Below are positions 51,902 through 60,868 of a stretch of DNA of 64,000 nt, piece after piece. The stretch is taken from positions 14,336-78,335 of the forward strand of contig CAVSUR010000006.1 in NCBI GenBank assembly GCA_963731285.1, given 5' to 3'. Made by a program: the position numbers and the translations under genes. Every line of letters starts with the position of its first letter. Position 1 is the stretch's first letter. A model generated the notes under the pieces. It saw only the letters and a program-made list of their open reading frames with translations. It did no database searches and was not told the origin of the DNA. The DNA comes from an uncultured Actinomycetota bacterium. Lineage in GTDB: Bacteria; Actinomycetota; Actinomycetes; Streptosporangiales; Streptosporangiaceae.

Positions 51902-52402
51902 GTGTCCGATGAGGCACTGGTGCGCGCGCTGTACGCCGAGCATGCCGGACCGCTGCTGCGCTACGCCCTGCACCTGACCAGCGGGGACCGGCAGCGAGCG
52001 GAGGACATCGTGCAAGAGGCCCTGGTGCGGGCCTGGCTGCACCCGGAGGCGATCGCCGAGCGGCCGGCCCGGCCCTGGCTGTTCGCCGTGGCCCGCAACC
52101 TCGCCATCGATGCGCACCGGGCCAGGAAGGCCCGGCCGCACGAGGTGGGGGAAGGCGCCCTGGAGCTGTTTGCGGTGCCCGATGAGGCCGACCGCGCGCT
52201 GGAATCCTGGGCCGTCGCCGAGGCGCTGAAGGCGCTGCGCCCCGAGCATCGCAGGGTGCTGCTCGAGACCTACTACCGGGGCCGCTCGGTGGCCGAGGCG
52301 GCGGCGGTGCTCGGCATCCCGGCCGGTACCGTCAAGTCCCGCACGTTCTACGCGCTGCGCGCGCTTAAGCTCGCGCTGGAGGAACGGGGGCTCGCGCCGT
52401 GA
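51902..52402 (+). CDS. ECF-type sigma-70 factor
   Basis: Region 2 (RAEDIVQEALVRAW...RPWLFAVARNLAIDAHR) and region 4 (RVLLETYYRGRSVAEAAAVLGIPAGTVKSRTFYALRAL). GTG at 51902. Confidence 0.9.
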   Translation: MSDEALVRALYAEHAGPLLRYALHLTSGDRQRAEDIVQEALVRAWLHPEAIAERPARPWLFAVARNLAIDAHRARKARPHEVGEGALELFAVPDEADRALESWAVAEALKALRPEHRRVLLETYYRGRSVAEAAAVLGIPAGTVKSRTFYALRALKLALEERGLAP

Positions 52403-53103
52403 GCGAGATGAGGTGCCACGAGGCGCGGCAGGCGCTTGGCGTCTACGTGCTGGGCGCGATCGACCCTGCCGAGCGAGAGCTGCTGGACGCGCATCTCGCC
52501 CGGTGCCCCGGCTGCCGCGAGGAACTGGCCGGGCTGGCGGGCCTTCCCGCGCTGCTCGGCCGTGTCCCGCGCGCGGACGCCGAGCTGCTGGCTCTGGACG
52601 GCCACGGGGCGCAGTCAGAGGCCGAGCCGCCGCCCGAGCTGCTGGACTCGCTGCTGAACCAGGTCGCGGCCAGGCGCCGGGCCCGCCGCTGGCGTGGTGT
52701 GGCGGCGGCCGCCGCCGCCGCAGTCATCGCCGTGGGCGGCGGCCTCACCGCCGCGTCACTCGGCGGCGGCCAGGCGCCGGGGCCGCCGCAGAACGCCGCT
52801 TCGCCGCAGAACACTGCCAGCGCCACCAATGCGCGCACCCACATCAGCGCGGTCGTGGACTACCGGCCAGCCGGCGCCGGCACTGCGGTGCGGGTTCAGG
52901 TCAGCGGCATAGCCCCCGGCACCATCTGCCGGCTGTGGGTGATAAGCGGGGGCGGCAAGCGCACGGTTGCCGGCCGCTGGACCGTGCTGCGCAGTTACGG
53001 TGCCGCGCACTGGTACCCGGTCAGCACGCCGGTGCCGGCGGGCAGCGTGCGCGCGTTCCAGATCACCGAGGGAAATAGGAACTTGCTCGTGATCCGGGCA
53101 TGA
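52399..53103 (+). CDS. zf-HC2 anti-sigma factor cognate to the preceding ECF sigma
   Basis: 4-nt overlap with the sigma gene. CHEARQALGVYVLGAIDPAERELLDAHLARCPGCREEL, one TM helix and an extracytoplasmic domain. Confidence 0.87.
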   Translation: MSEMRCHEARQALGVYVLGAIDPAERELLDAHLARCPGCREELAGLAGLPALLGRVPRADAELLALDGHGAQSEAEPPPELLDSLLNQVAARRRARRWRGVAAAAAAAVIAVGGGLTAASLGGGQAPGPPQNAASPQNTASATNARTHISAVVDYRPAGAGTAVRVQVSGIAPGTICRLWVISGGGKRTVAGRWTVLRSYGAAHWYPVSTPVPAGSVRAFQITEGNRNLLVIRA

Positions 53104-53227
53104 GCAGCCCCCGGGAGCGACCCCCGGGATCCGCCGGAACGCCCGCCTCGGGCGGCGCGGGTTCTCGTGCTGCGGCTCTCTTGCGCCGCGCCGCAGTCGG
53201 CGGCTAGGGCCCCGGCAGCCGTCACCG

Positions 53228-53300
53228 CCGGGCTGGAAACGCGGTGAGGCCCGGGCGGGAAACGCGGCAGGCCGGCTGGGAATGCGGCGAGGCCGGCTGG
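53228..53300. repeat. 3.3 tandem copies of a 21-23-nt unit upstream of, and overlapping, the annotated thioredoxin start
   Basis: CCGGGCTGGAAACGCGGTGAGGC / CCGGGCGGGAAACGCGGCAGGC / CGGCTGGGAATGCGGCGAGGC / CGGCTGG, read directly. Confidence 0.85.
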
Positions 53301-53824
53301 TGGTTAGCCCGGGGGTGATGACGGGGCTGATCGTGTGCCTGCTGGCGCTCGCCGTCGCCGGCGGCTGCGGCGCACTGTGGCGCGCCCGCAACGGCAGGAT
53401 GCGCGGTGTGCCCGTCGTGCCAGGTTCGCGCATGGCGGGAGAGCGGGTGCCGGCTGGTCGGCAGCCCGGGCATCGGCCGGCCGCGCAGCAGGAGCCAGAA
53501 TTTCCCGGCGGGGCGCGGCTGACCGCGACCGAGATCGGCCAGCCGCTGGGCACGCGGGCGACCCTGGTGCAATTCTCGACGTCATTCTGCGCTCCCTGCC
53601 GGGTCACCCGGCGGGTGCTCGCCGAGGTGGCCGGGATGACCGATGGGGTCGCGCACGTCGAGATCGACGCGGAGTCCCGGCTGGATCTGGTCCGGCGGCT
53701 GGACGTCCGCCGCACGCCCACGGTGCTCGTGCTCGGCCCGGACGGGCAGATAACCAGGCGCGCCAGCGGACAGCCGCGCAAGGCCGATGTCATCGCCGCC
53801 ATCGGGTACGCTGGCGCCGTCTAG
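53282..53824 (+). CDS. Membrane-anchored thioredoxin-fold protein (ThiX/TlpA-like)
   Basis: Anchor LIVCLLALAVAGG and active site FSTSFCAPCR. The start may instead be the GTG at about 53312. Confidence 0.85.
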   Translation: MRRGRLVVSPGVMTGLIVCLLALAVAGGCGALWRARNGRMRGVPVVPGSRMAGERVPAGRQPGHRPAAQQEPEFPGGARLTATEIGQPLGTRATLVQFSTSFCAPCRVTRRVLAEVAGMTDGVAHVEIDAESRLDLVRRLDVRRTPTVLVLGPDGQITRRASGQPRKADVIAAIGYAGAV

Positions 53825-53908
53825 ATGGCTATACTTTTGATCGGAATACCAGGTAGTGACGCTCGCCATGTTCCCGCATAGCATCGGTGCCCGGTCCCGC
53901 TGGTATCG

Positions 53909-54379
53909 GTGAAGGGATTGCCGCAGATGGAGATCGACCCCCGGGGCCCGAGGTTCGTCGCGCTGGTGACCATGGTCGTATTCGCCGTGGTCCTGATCAC
54001 CAGCAGCGCCTGGCTGCTGGCCGCGCAGGCGGTGGTCTTCGCGTCCGGGACCTTCTTCGGTATCCAGTACAACCCCTACGGCCTGGTCTTCCGCCATCTG
54101 ATCCGGCCGCGCCTCAGCCCCCCCGCCGAGCTCGAGGCGGCCGCCCCGCCCCGGTTCGCCCAGGGCCTCGGCCTGGTGATCGCGGCCATCGGCGTCGTGG
54201 GCTACGCGACGGGGGTAACGGCGCTCGGCATGGCCGCGGCGGCGGCGGGGCTAGTGGCGGCATTCCTGAACGGCGTGTTCGGGCTGTGCCTGGGCTGTGA
54301 GATGTACCTGATGATCCGACGTATCTGGCCGGGCCGCCAGCTGATCCCGGCCGAATCCAACAAGGAGGTTTCGCTATGA
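53909..54379 (+). CDS. DUF4395-type membrane protein
   Basis: Four helices and the C-terminal FGLCLGCEMY. The stop overlaps the rhodanese start (ATGA). Confidence 0.8.
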   Translation: MKGLPQMEIDPRGPRFVALVTMVVFAVVLITSSAWLLAAQAVVFASGTFFGIQYNPYGLVFRHLIRPRLSPPAELEAAAPPRFAQGLGLVIAAIGVVGYATGVTALGMAAAAAGLVAAFLNGVFGLCLGCEMYLMIRRIWPGRQLIPAESNKEVSL

Positions 54380-55218
54380 GCCGTTCCGACGTCCTGGTAG
54401 ACGCCGACTGGGTCGCGGCCCACGGCAGTGATCCCGGCGTGGTGCTTGTCGAGGTGGACGAGGACACCAGTGCCTACGACGCCGGCCACATCAAGGGCGC
54501 AGTCAAGATCGACTGGAAGAAGGACCTGCAGGACCCGGTGCGCCGCGACTTCGTGGACCGGGCCGGCTTCGAGGCGCTGCTGTCCGAGCGCGGCATCTCC
54601 AACGACGACACCGTGGTGCTCTACGGCGGCAACAACAACTGGTTCGCCGCCTACGCGTACTGGTACTTCAGGCTCTACGGGCACCAGAACGTCAAGCTGC
54701 TCGACGGCGGCCGCAAGAGGTGGGAGCTCGACTCCCGCGAGCTGGTCACCGACGTGCCGCGGCGGCCGCGGACCGAGTACAAGGCGCAGGAGCAGGATTC
54801 CGCCCTCCGCGCGTTCCGGGACGAGGTGGTCGCCGCCATCGGGCAGCGCAACCTGGTCGACGTGCGGTCACCGGACGAGTTCGCCGGCCGTCTGCTGGCG
54901 CCCGCCCACCTGCCGCAAGAGCAGGCGCAGCGCGGCGGCCATATCCCCACGGCCAAGAACGTCCCGTGGTCCAAGGCAGCCGCCGAGGACGGCACGTTCA
55001 AGACCGACGACCAGCTGCGCGCCCTGTACCGCGACGAGGCGGCCCTGGACTTCAGCCGGGACACGATCGCCTACTGCAGGATCGGCGAGCGGTCCGCGCA
55101 CACCTGGTTCGTCCTGCACGAGCTGCTCGGCCAGCCGAACGTCAAGAACTACGACGGATCGTGGACCGAGTACGGCTCGCTGGTCGGGGTGCCGATCAAG
55201 ACCGGGGACGAGTCATGA
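54376..55218 (+). CDS. Thiosulfate sulfurtransferase (tandem rhodanese, CysA2/SseA-like)
   Basis: AAGGAGG RBS. GHIKGAVKIDW and active-site loop AYCRIGERSAHTWF. Confidence 0.93.
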   Translation: MSRSDVLVDADWVAAHGSDPGVVLVEVDEDTSAYDAGHIKGAVKIDWKKDLQDPVRRDFVDRAGFEALLSERGISNDDTVVLYGGNNNWFAAYAYWYFRLYGHQNVKLLDGGRKRWELDSRELVTDVPRRPRTEYKAQEQDSALRAFRDEVVAAIGQRNLVDVRSPDEFAGRLLAPAHLPQEQAQRGGHIPTAKNVPWSKAAAEDGTFKTDDQLRALYRDEAALDFSRDTIAYCRIGERSAHTWFVLHELLGQPNVKNYDGSWTEYGSLVGVPIKTGDES

Positions 55219-55529
55219 CCACGCCATCCGACGGCTGCGGTGCACCGGCCGGCGGGGTGACGATCACCGCCGCCGAGTCATCTACCCAGGCCGTCATCCA
55301 GGGGCATGTCACGCACAACGGGTCGCCCGTCTCGGTTGGCTACGCCCGGCTGCTGAACACCGACGGCGAGTTCGTGGCCGAGGTGCCGATCGGCGCCGAC
55401 GGCGGGTTCCGCTTCTTCGCCGCGCCCGGCAGCTGGACGCTGCGCATCCTCGCCCCGGACAACGTCCGGGAAGAGCGCACCGTGTCCGCGGCCATCGGCC
55501 AGGTAGCCGAGGTCGGGGTGCCCATCTAG
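55215..55529 (+). CDS. DUF1416 (SseC-like) protein
   Basis: The ATG at 55215 overlaps the rhodanese stop. GHVTHNGSPVSVGYARLLNTDGEFVAEVPIGADGGFRFFAAPGSWTLR. Confidence 0.85.
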   Translation: MTTPSDGCGAPAGGVTITAAESSTQAVIQGHVTHNGSPVSVGYARLLNTDGEFVAEVPIGADGGFRFFAAPGSWTLRILAPDNVREERTVSAAIGQVAEVGVPI

Positions 55530-55542
55530 GGCCTGCTGCTTT

Positions 55543-55583
55543 CAGCCGCCCGCGAGGACCCGCGTGGTCCGAGCGGGCGGCTG
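55543..55583 (+). terminator. Candidate terminator hairpin after the sulfur-transfer genes
   Basis: The 11-bp arms CAGCCGCCCGC / GCGGGCGGCTG enclose a second small stem (GGACC..GGTCC) and are followed by CCTTTGC. Confidence 0.5.
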
Positions 55584-55740
55584 CCTTTGCGCCCAAGCTG
55601 TTTCCCTGCCTGCCTTCCCGGTTCGGCTGAGACGTCATCTCTCGTTCAGTTGCTCGTAACCTTCGGCCCTTAGAAAGTGAGTGGCCGCTGCGAGTGGCTG
55701 AACGTGCGGGAACCCACCAGCACAGGGGCGAGGCGAAAGC

Positions 55741-56631
55741 ATGTCGGATGGGGCGGGGCCGGGCAGCTCGGTCTGGCCGGAACCGAGGCCCGCCGTGGTC
55801 GGCCTGGGAACCGGGAGCTCGGTCACCGGGCGGACCGACACCGATGTCACCGGGGCCGGGGCGCCTTCGCCGCCAGGCAGCGCAGTGCTCAAGGCCGTCG
55901 ATCTCACCCTGGGCTTCGGCGCCCGGGCGATCTTGACTGATGTCTCGGTTGACGTCCAGCAGGGCGCGATCACCGCGCTGATCGGGCCGACCGGCTCGGG
56001 CAAGTCGACGCTGCTGCGCACGTTCAACCGGCTCAACGACAAGGTGACCGGCTACCGGCACTCCGGCGATGTGCTGCTCGACGGGCGGAGCATCTGGAAT
56101 CACGGCGTCGAGGTCATGTCGCTGCGCCGCAAGGTCGGCATGCTCTTCCAGCGGCCGAACCCGTTCCCGATGTCGATCATGGACAACGTGACGGCCGGGG
56201 TGCGCGCGCACAAGATGGCCAGCAAGAGCGGGATGAAGGCGGTGGCCGAGCAGCGGCTAGCCGAGGTCGGCCTGTGGGACGCGGTACGGGACCGGCTGAA
56301 GGACTCGCCGTTCCGGCTGTCCGGCGGCCAGCAGCAGCTGCTCTGCCTGGCCCGGGCCCTGGCCGTCAGCCCGGATGTGCTGCTGCTCGACGAGCCGACC
56401 TCCTCGCTGGACCCGGTTACCACCGAGTCGATCGAGGCCCTGGTCCGCACCCTGGTGCCCCAGCTGACCGTGGTGATCGTCACCCACAACCTGGCGCAGG
56501 CCAGCCGGGTCGCCGGCCGGACCATCTTCCTGAACGACGGCCGGATGGTCGAGCACGGCGATACCCGGCAGATGTTCGAGAACCCGGGCCAGGAGGAAAC
56601 GGCACGCTATGTGACGGGCCGGTTCGGCTGA
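55741..56631 (+). CDS. pstB: Phosphate ABC transporter ATP-binding protein (PstB/PhoT) with an N-terminal extension of about 45 aa
   Basis: GPTGSGKSTLLRTFNRLND, VGMLFQRPNPFPMSIMDNV, LSGGQQQLLCLARALAV, LLLDEPTSSLDP and the C-terminal YVTGRFG. Confidence 0.92.
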   Translation: MSDGAGPGSSVWPEPRPAVVGLGTGSSVTGRTDTDVTGAGAPSPPGSAVLKAVDLTLGFGARAILTDVSVDVQQGAITALIGPTGSGKSTLLRTFNRLNDKVTGYRHSGDVLLDGRSIWNHGVEVMSLRRKVGMLFQRPNPFPMSIMDNVTAGVRAHKMASKSGMKAVAEQRLAEVGLWDAVRDRLKDSPFRLSGGQQQLLCLARALAVSPDVLLLDEPTSSLDPVTTESIEALVRTLVPQLTVVIVTHNLAQASRVAGRTIFLNDGRMVEHGDTRQMFENPGQEETARYVTGRFG

Positions 56632-56640
56632 CAGACCCGC

Positions 56641-56672
56641 CCGGCCGGGAGGATGGCACTCCTCCCGGCCGG
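56641..56672 (+). terminator. Strong hairpin 10 nt after the pstB stop
   Basis: 13-bp perfect stem CCGGCCGGGAGGA / TCCTCCCGGCCGG with the loop TGGCAC. No U tract. Confidence 0.5.
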
Positions 56673-56705
56673 GGGCAAGAGCCGCGCGCGAGCGCGGACC
56701 CTCAT

Positions 56706-56749
56706 CGCACGCACCGCGTGCGAGCCGTATACCGCACGCTGCAGCGTGC
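56706..56749 (+). promoter_or_regulatory. Two inverted repeats sharing the half-site GCACGC/GCGTGC just upstream of the pstS RBS
   Basis: CGCACGC-ACC-GCGTGCG (56706..56722) and the perfect 16-nt palindrome GCACGCTGCAGCGTGC (56734..56749). The RBS GAAGGAG lies at about 56756. Confidence 0.35.
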
Positions 56750-56771
56750 ATCAGTGAAGGAGTATTCCCCG

Positions 56772-57887
56772 GTGGGCAAACGAATCCGCCTGGCCCTCTC
56801 GGCGGCCGCCCTGGTCCCGCTGACCGCACTCGCGGCCTGCGGCAGCAGCGGCAGTACCAGCAACTCTGGTTCCAGCTCAGCACCGGCCGCCTCCGGGTCC
56901 GCCGCCGCGGCGTCCGGCAAGTCGATCTCTGAGACGGGCAGCACGCTGCTGTTCCCGCTGTTCGGCTCCTGGCAGGCCGACTACAGCACCGCCAACCCGA
57001 ACGTCACGATCACCTCGGGAGCCACGGGCTCGGGCACCGGGATCACCGACGCGAGCCAGGGGCTGGTCAATCTCGGCGCCTCTGACGCCTACCTGTCCAG
57101 CGCGGACTTGTCGCAGTACCCCGGCCTGCTCAACATTCCGCTGGCGGTGGCCGCGATAGCCGTGAACTACAACGTCCCCGGCGTGAAGAAGCCGCTTGAC
57201 CTGAACGGCACCGTGCTCGCGCAGATCTACACCGGCAAGATCACGACATGGAACAATTCAGCGATCGCCAAGCTCAACCCCGGCGTGACCCTGCCGTCAC
57301 AGAAGATCGTCACGCTGCACCGGGCTGACAGTTCGGGCAGCACGTTCCTATTCACCTCTTACCTGAACGCGCAGGACCCGAAGGCCTGGCCGACGAGTGG
57401 GGTGGGCACGACCATCACCTGGCCCTCGGCGCCGGGCGCGCTCGCCGAGACCGGCAGCGGCGGGATGCTGAGCGCATGCGGCAGCACCAAGGGATGCATC
57501 GCCTACATCGGCGTCAGCTACACGGCCAAGGCACAGGCCGCCGGCCTGGGGCAGGCGTCGCTGGCGAACAAGTCAGGCAAGGCCGTCCAGCCGACCGCCC
57601 CGGCCATCAAGACCGCGCTGGCGAGCTTCCCCAGGGTTCCCGGCAGCGGCGCCCAGTCCCTGATCGACACCTCGGCCGCGGGCGGCTACCCGATCGTCAA
57701 CTACGAGTACGCGATCGTGAAGAAGACCCAGCCCAGCCCGGCCGAGGCGAGCGCGGTCAAGGCGTTCCTGAACTGGATCCTCACCACCGGTCAGGGCTCG
57801 AAGTACATGACGGCGGTCAACTTCCAGCCGCTGCCCGCCAGCACGCTGACCACCGCCAAGAGCCTCGTCAGCTCGATCAGCGGCTGA
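56772..57887 (+). CDS. pstS: Phosphate-binding lipoprotein PstS
   Basis: The GTG at 56772 follows GAAGGAG. Lipobox [38 protein letters not shown] and [11 protein letters not shown]. Confidence 0.92.
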   Translation: MGKRIRLALSAAALVPLTALAACGSSGSTSNSGSSSAPAASGSAAAASGKSISETGSTLLFPLFGSWQADYSTANPNVTITSGATGSGTGITDASQGLVNLGASDAYLSSADLSQYPGLLNIPLAVAAIAVNYNVPGVKKPLDLNGTVLAQIYTGKITTWNNSAIAKLNPGVTLPSQKIVTLHRADSSGSTFLFTSYLNAQDPKAWPTSGVGTTITWPSAPGALAETGSGGMLSACGSTKGCIAYIGVSYTAKAQAAGLGQASLANKSGKAVQPTAPAIKTALASFPRVPGSGAQSLIDTSAAGGYPIVNYEYAIVKKTQPSPAEASAVKAFLNWILTTGQGSKYMTAVNFQPLPASTLTTAKSLVSSISG

Positions 57888-57891
57888 CCTG

Positions 57892-58965
57892 ATGGCAGCC
57901 TCTGTACCAACCGCGGGTCCGGCCGCCGGTGCGGGCAGCCCGCCCCGGCGCCGGCCCGGCGCGGTGCTGCGCGACAGCATCCGCAACGGGGGGGTGATCC
58001 TCTGGCTCGGCCGCATCGGCGCGGTGATACCCGTGCTGATGCTCGCGCTGATCCTCGTCACGCTGGTCATCAAGGCGATCCCGGCGATCGGGTACAGCGG
58101 CCGCAGTTTCTTTTCTGGGCGGACATGGAACTTCGGCTCCCAGTACGGCAAACCCGTGACCAGCAACGGCCTCACCCACCTGTCCGGTGAGGAGTTCGGC
58201 GCGCTGCCGGAGATCGTGGGCACGCTGGCCAGCTCGGTGATCGCCCTGATCATCGCGGTGCCGGTGTCGATCGGGGCGGCACTGGCGATCGTAGAGCGGC
58301 TGCCGAAGCGGCTGGCCACTACCGTCGGAGGGTTTCTTGAGCTGCTGGCCGGCATTCCCAGCGTCATCGTCGGCCTGTGGGGCGCGCTCGTCTTCGGCCC
58401 ATTCATCGCGCACTACATTGCCCCGCTGATCGCCGACAACGTTCCCGACTGGCCGGTATTCAGCTTCTTTCAGGGCCCCACCGGCAATGGCCAGGGCCTG
58501 CTGACCTCGGGCCTGATTCTCGCGGTCATGGTCATCCCGATCGTCGCCTCCACCTCCCGTGACCTGATCCGCAGCGTGCCGCTGCTGCCCCGCGAGGGCG
58601 CCGTGGCCCTCGGCATGTCGGATGCGCAGACCGCGCGCCGTGTGACGCTGCCGTGGGTCGGGGCCGGCCTCATCGGGGCCGTGGTACTCGGTCTGGGCCG
58701 GGCGCTCGGCGAGACCATCGCCGTCGCGATGGTGTGCGGCGTCGCGCTCGGCCAGCTGCCCACCAACTTGTACGCGGCGTTCATCACGATCGCGGCCAAC
58801 ATCGTGCAGAACCTGGACACCGCGATCAGCGATCCGATGGACATCAGCGCGTTCGCCTACCTGGCGCTGATCCTCATGGTGATCACGCTGGCGGCGAACG
58901 TGCTCGCGCGGCTTCTGGTGCGCCGGGTCTCCGGCACCGCGCTTCCCGTCGGAAGGGGGCTGTAG
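57892..58965 (+). CDS. pstC: Phosphate ABC transporter permease PstC
   Basis: Polytopic, with the EAA-type loop [25 protein letters not shown]. Confidence 0.92.
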   Translation: MAASVPTAGPAAGAGSPPRRRPGAVLRDSIRNGGVILWLGRIGAVIPVLMLALILVTLVIKAIPAIGYSGRSFFSGRTWNFGSQYGKPVTSNGLTHLSGEEFGALPEIVGTLASSVIALIIAVPVSIGAALAIVERLPKRLATTVGGFLELLAGIPSVIVGLWGALVFGPFIAHYIAPLIADNVPDWPVFSFFQGPTGNGQGLLTSGLILAVMVIPIVASTSRDLIRSVPLLPREGAVALGMSDAQTARRVTLPWVGAGLIGAVVLGLGRALGETIAVAMVCGVALGQLPTNLYAAFITIAANIVQNLDTAISDPMDISAFAYLALILMVITLAANVLARLLVRRVSGTALPVGRGL

Positions 58966-58967
58966 CG

Positions 58968-59891
58968 ATGAGCGGGGCAGCAGGCAGCACGCCGGCTCCG
59001 GCGCCTCCCGGGTCAGCCGCCACCGGCGGCCCCGCCGAATGGCCGCAGGTGCCGGTTCGCAGGAAGATCGGCAACGCGATTTTCTGGGCTGGCTGCACGC
59101 TCGGCCTGCTGGTGGTGGTCGGTCCCGCGATCTGGCTGGCCGTCGGGGTGGTGGTGCGGGCGGTCCCGACCTTCTCCTTCAGCGTGCTCACCACCAACAC
59201 CCAGGCGGGGGACTCTGGCGGGCTGCGGCAGGCGATCATCGGCACGGTGCTGATTACCGTCGGAGTGCTGATCGTCGGCGGCACGATCAGCGTGCTCACC
59301 GGTCTGTACCTGGCGGAGTTCGCCAAGGGGCGGCACCGCAGCTTCCTGCGCGGCGGCTATGAGGTGCTGTCCGGGATACCGTCGATCGTGCTCGGCCTGG
59401 TCGGCTTTATCACGCTGGTGATCGCCCTGCACATGGGGTTCGGGCTGCTTCCCGCGGTGCTGGTGCTGTCGGTAGTCACGATCCCCTACATCACGAAGGC
59501 GACGGAGACCTCGCTGGCGCAGGTGCCGGTGGGCTACCGGGAGGGCGCCGAGGCACTGGGGATCGCGCCGGGCTGGATCCTGCGCAAGATCGTGATGAAG
59601 TCTGCCCTGCCGGGAATCATGACCGGGCTGCTGGTGGCCATCGCGATCTCGGTCGGCGAGACCGCGCCGCTGCTGTACACGGCGGGCTGGAGCGACTCGA
59701 CGCCGACGCTCGCGCTGACCAACTCGCCGGTTCCCTTCCTTACCTATCCGGTCTTCAGCTTCTGGGACGTCGGGACCGTCTCCGGCCGGATTCTGTCCTA
59801 TGACGCCGCCCTGATCCTGCTGGTGTTCGTGTTGCTGATCATCATCGCCGGCCGGGTGATCGTGGCGGTATCCCGGCGGAACACGGAGTAG
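58968..59891 (+). CDS. pstA: Phosphate ABC transporter permease PstA
   Basis: The ATG at 58968 lies 2 nt after the pstC stop. The loop is [30 protein letters not shown]. Confidence 0.92.
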   Translation: MSGAAGSTPAPAPPGSAATGGPAEWPQVPVRRKIGNAIFWAGCTLGLLVVVGPAIWLAVGVVVRAVPTFSFSVLTTNTQAGDSGGLRQAIIGTVLITVGVLIVGGTISVLTGLYLAEFAKGRHRSFLRGGYEVLSGIPSIVLGLVGFITLVIALHMGFGLLPAVLVLSVVTIPYITKATETSLAQVPVGYREGAEALGIAPGWILRKIVMKSALPGIMTGLLVAIAISVGETAPLLYTAGWSDSTPTLALTNSPVPFLTYPVFSFWDVGTVSGRILSYDAALILLVFVLLIIIAGRVIVAVSRRNTE

Positions 59892-59950
59892 GCGGTGACG
59901 GCCCGGACCCGGCGCAAGGGGCCTCACGACTGGCGGCCGGACCCGCCGAA

Positions 59951-60862
59951 GTGAGGCGGCCGCCGGGTCATGACACCGCAGCGGGCGGGCCGGTGCCGAC
60001 GGTCGCGGGAGCGCCGGCGGATGGGCCGCCGTCCCCGCAGGACGGCAGTCCCCGGCCGGCGGTCCAGGTGCTCGCGGACCGGCTGGCCGCCGCACTGGTG
60101 CATCACGAGCCGGGCTGGCGGCTGCCCCGGCACACGGCGCTGGCCCGCCGCTACAACGTCAGTACCGCGCAGCTGGACGCCGCGATCTCCGAGCTCATCC
60201 AGCGGCACCTGATCCGCAGGCTGCCCGACGGGCAGGTGTACCGGATAAGCCCGGCCGAGTACATCCTTTCCCTGGAGGGGGTGGCCGGCCTGTCATCCCA
60301 GCTGGACCCGATGGGCGGGCAGCTGACCTGCCGGAGCCGCCATACCTCCTGGCGCCGGGTGCCCGAGGACATCGGCTGGGCGCTGCGGGTGGATCCGGCT
60401 GAGCAGGTCTGGGTCGTCCGGCTGCTCTGGACGGCCGGCGGCGAGCCGGCCGCGTTCACGACCACCTACCTGCCCGCGGCGCAGGCGGAGCAGGCCCCGG
60501 ACGGCGGGCCGGTCAGCCCGCGAGGGCCGCTGCCGCGGCCCGGCGGCGGGCAACCGCAGCCAGCGGCCGGCCCGGTGGCGGGCAGCCCGACCGCCCTGCA
60601 CATCGAGATGCAGCCGCCGCCGCCCGCAGTAGCCCGCAGCCTGCGGCTGTCGGCGGGCCAGTCCGCGGCGATCGTGACGATCCGGTTCGACGACCAGGCC
60701 AGCGGGGACCCGTCCGCGCTGACGGTGGCAGTGCTGCGCCCGGACCTATTCCGCATCGTCGTCCAGTCCGGCGCCCCGCTGCTGCCTGACGGCAGGCGCG
60801 AAATTGGCGGTCTCAGTTTCACGGGTGCCTGGACACACGCGGTGGAGGACTGGGAATCTTGA
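59951..60862 (+). CDS. GntR/HutC-like regulator (wHTH + UTRA-like domain); start uncertain
   Basis: RLPRHTALARRYNVSTAQLDAAISELIQRHLIRRLPDGQVY, then a beta-rich C-terminal half with a Pro/Gly insert. Confidence 0.55.
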   Translation: MRRPPGHDTAAGGPVPTVAGAPADGPPSPQDGSPRPAVQVLADRLAAALVHHEPGWRLPRHTALARRYNVSTAQLDAAISELIQRHLIRRLPDGQVYRISPAEYILSLEGVAGLSSQLDPMGGQLTCRSRHTSWRRVPEDIGWALRVDPAEQVWVVRLLWTAGGEPAAFTTTYLPAAQAEQAPDGGPVSPRGPLPRPGGGQPQPAAGPVAGSPTALHIEMQPPPPAVARSLRLSAGQSAAIVTIRFDDQASGDPSALTVAVLRPDLFRIVVQSGAPLLPDGRREIGGLSFTGAWTHAVEDWES

Positions 60863-60868
60863 CCCGAT

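Noticed and set aside
53228-53300. CRISPR-like array
   Set aside because: The units are contiguous with no spacers, there are only about 3.3 copies, and no cas genes are in the window.
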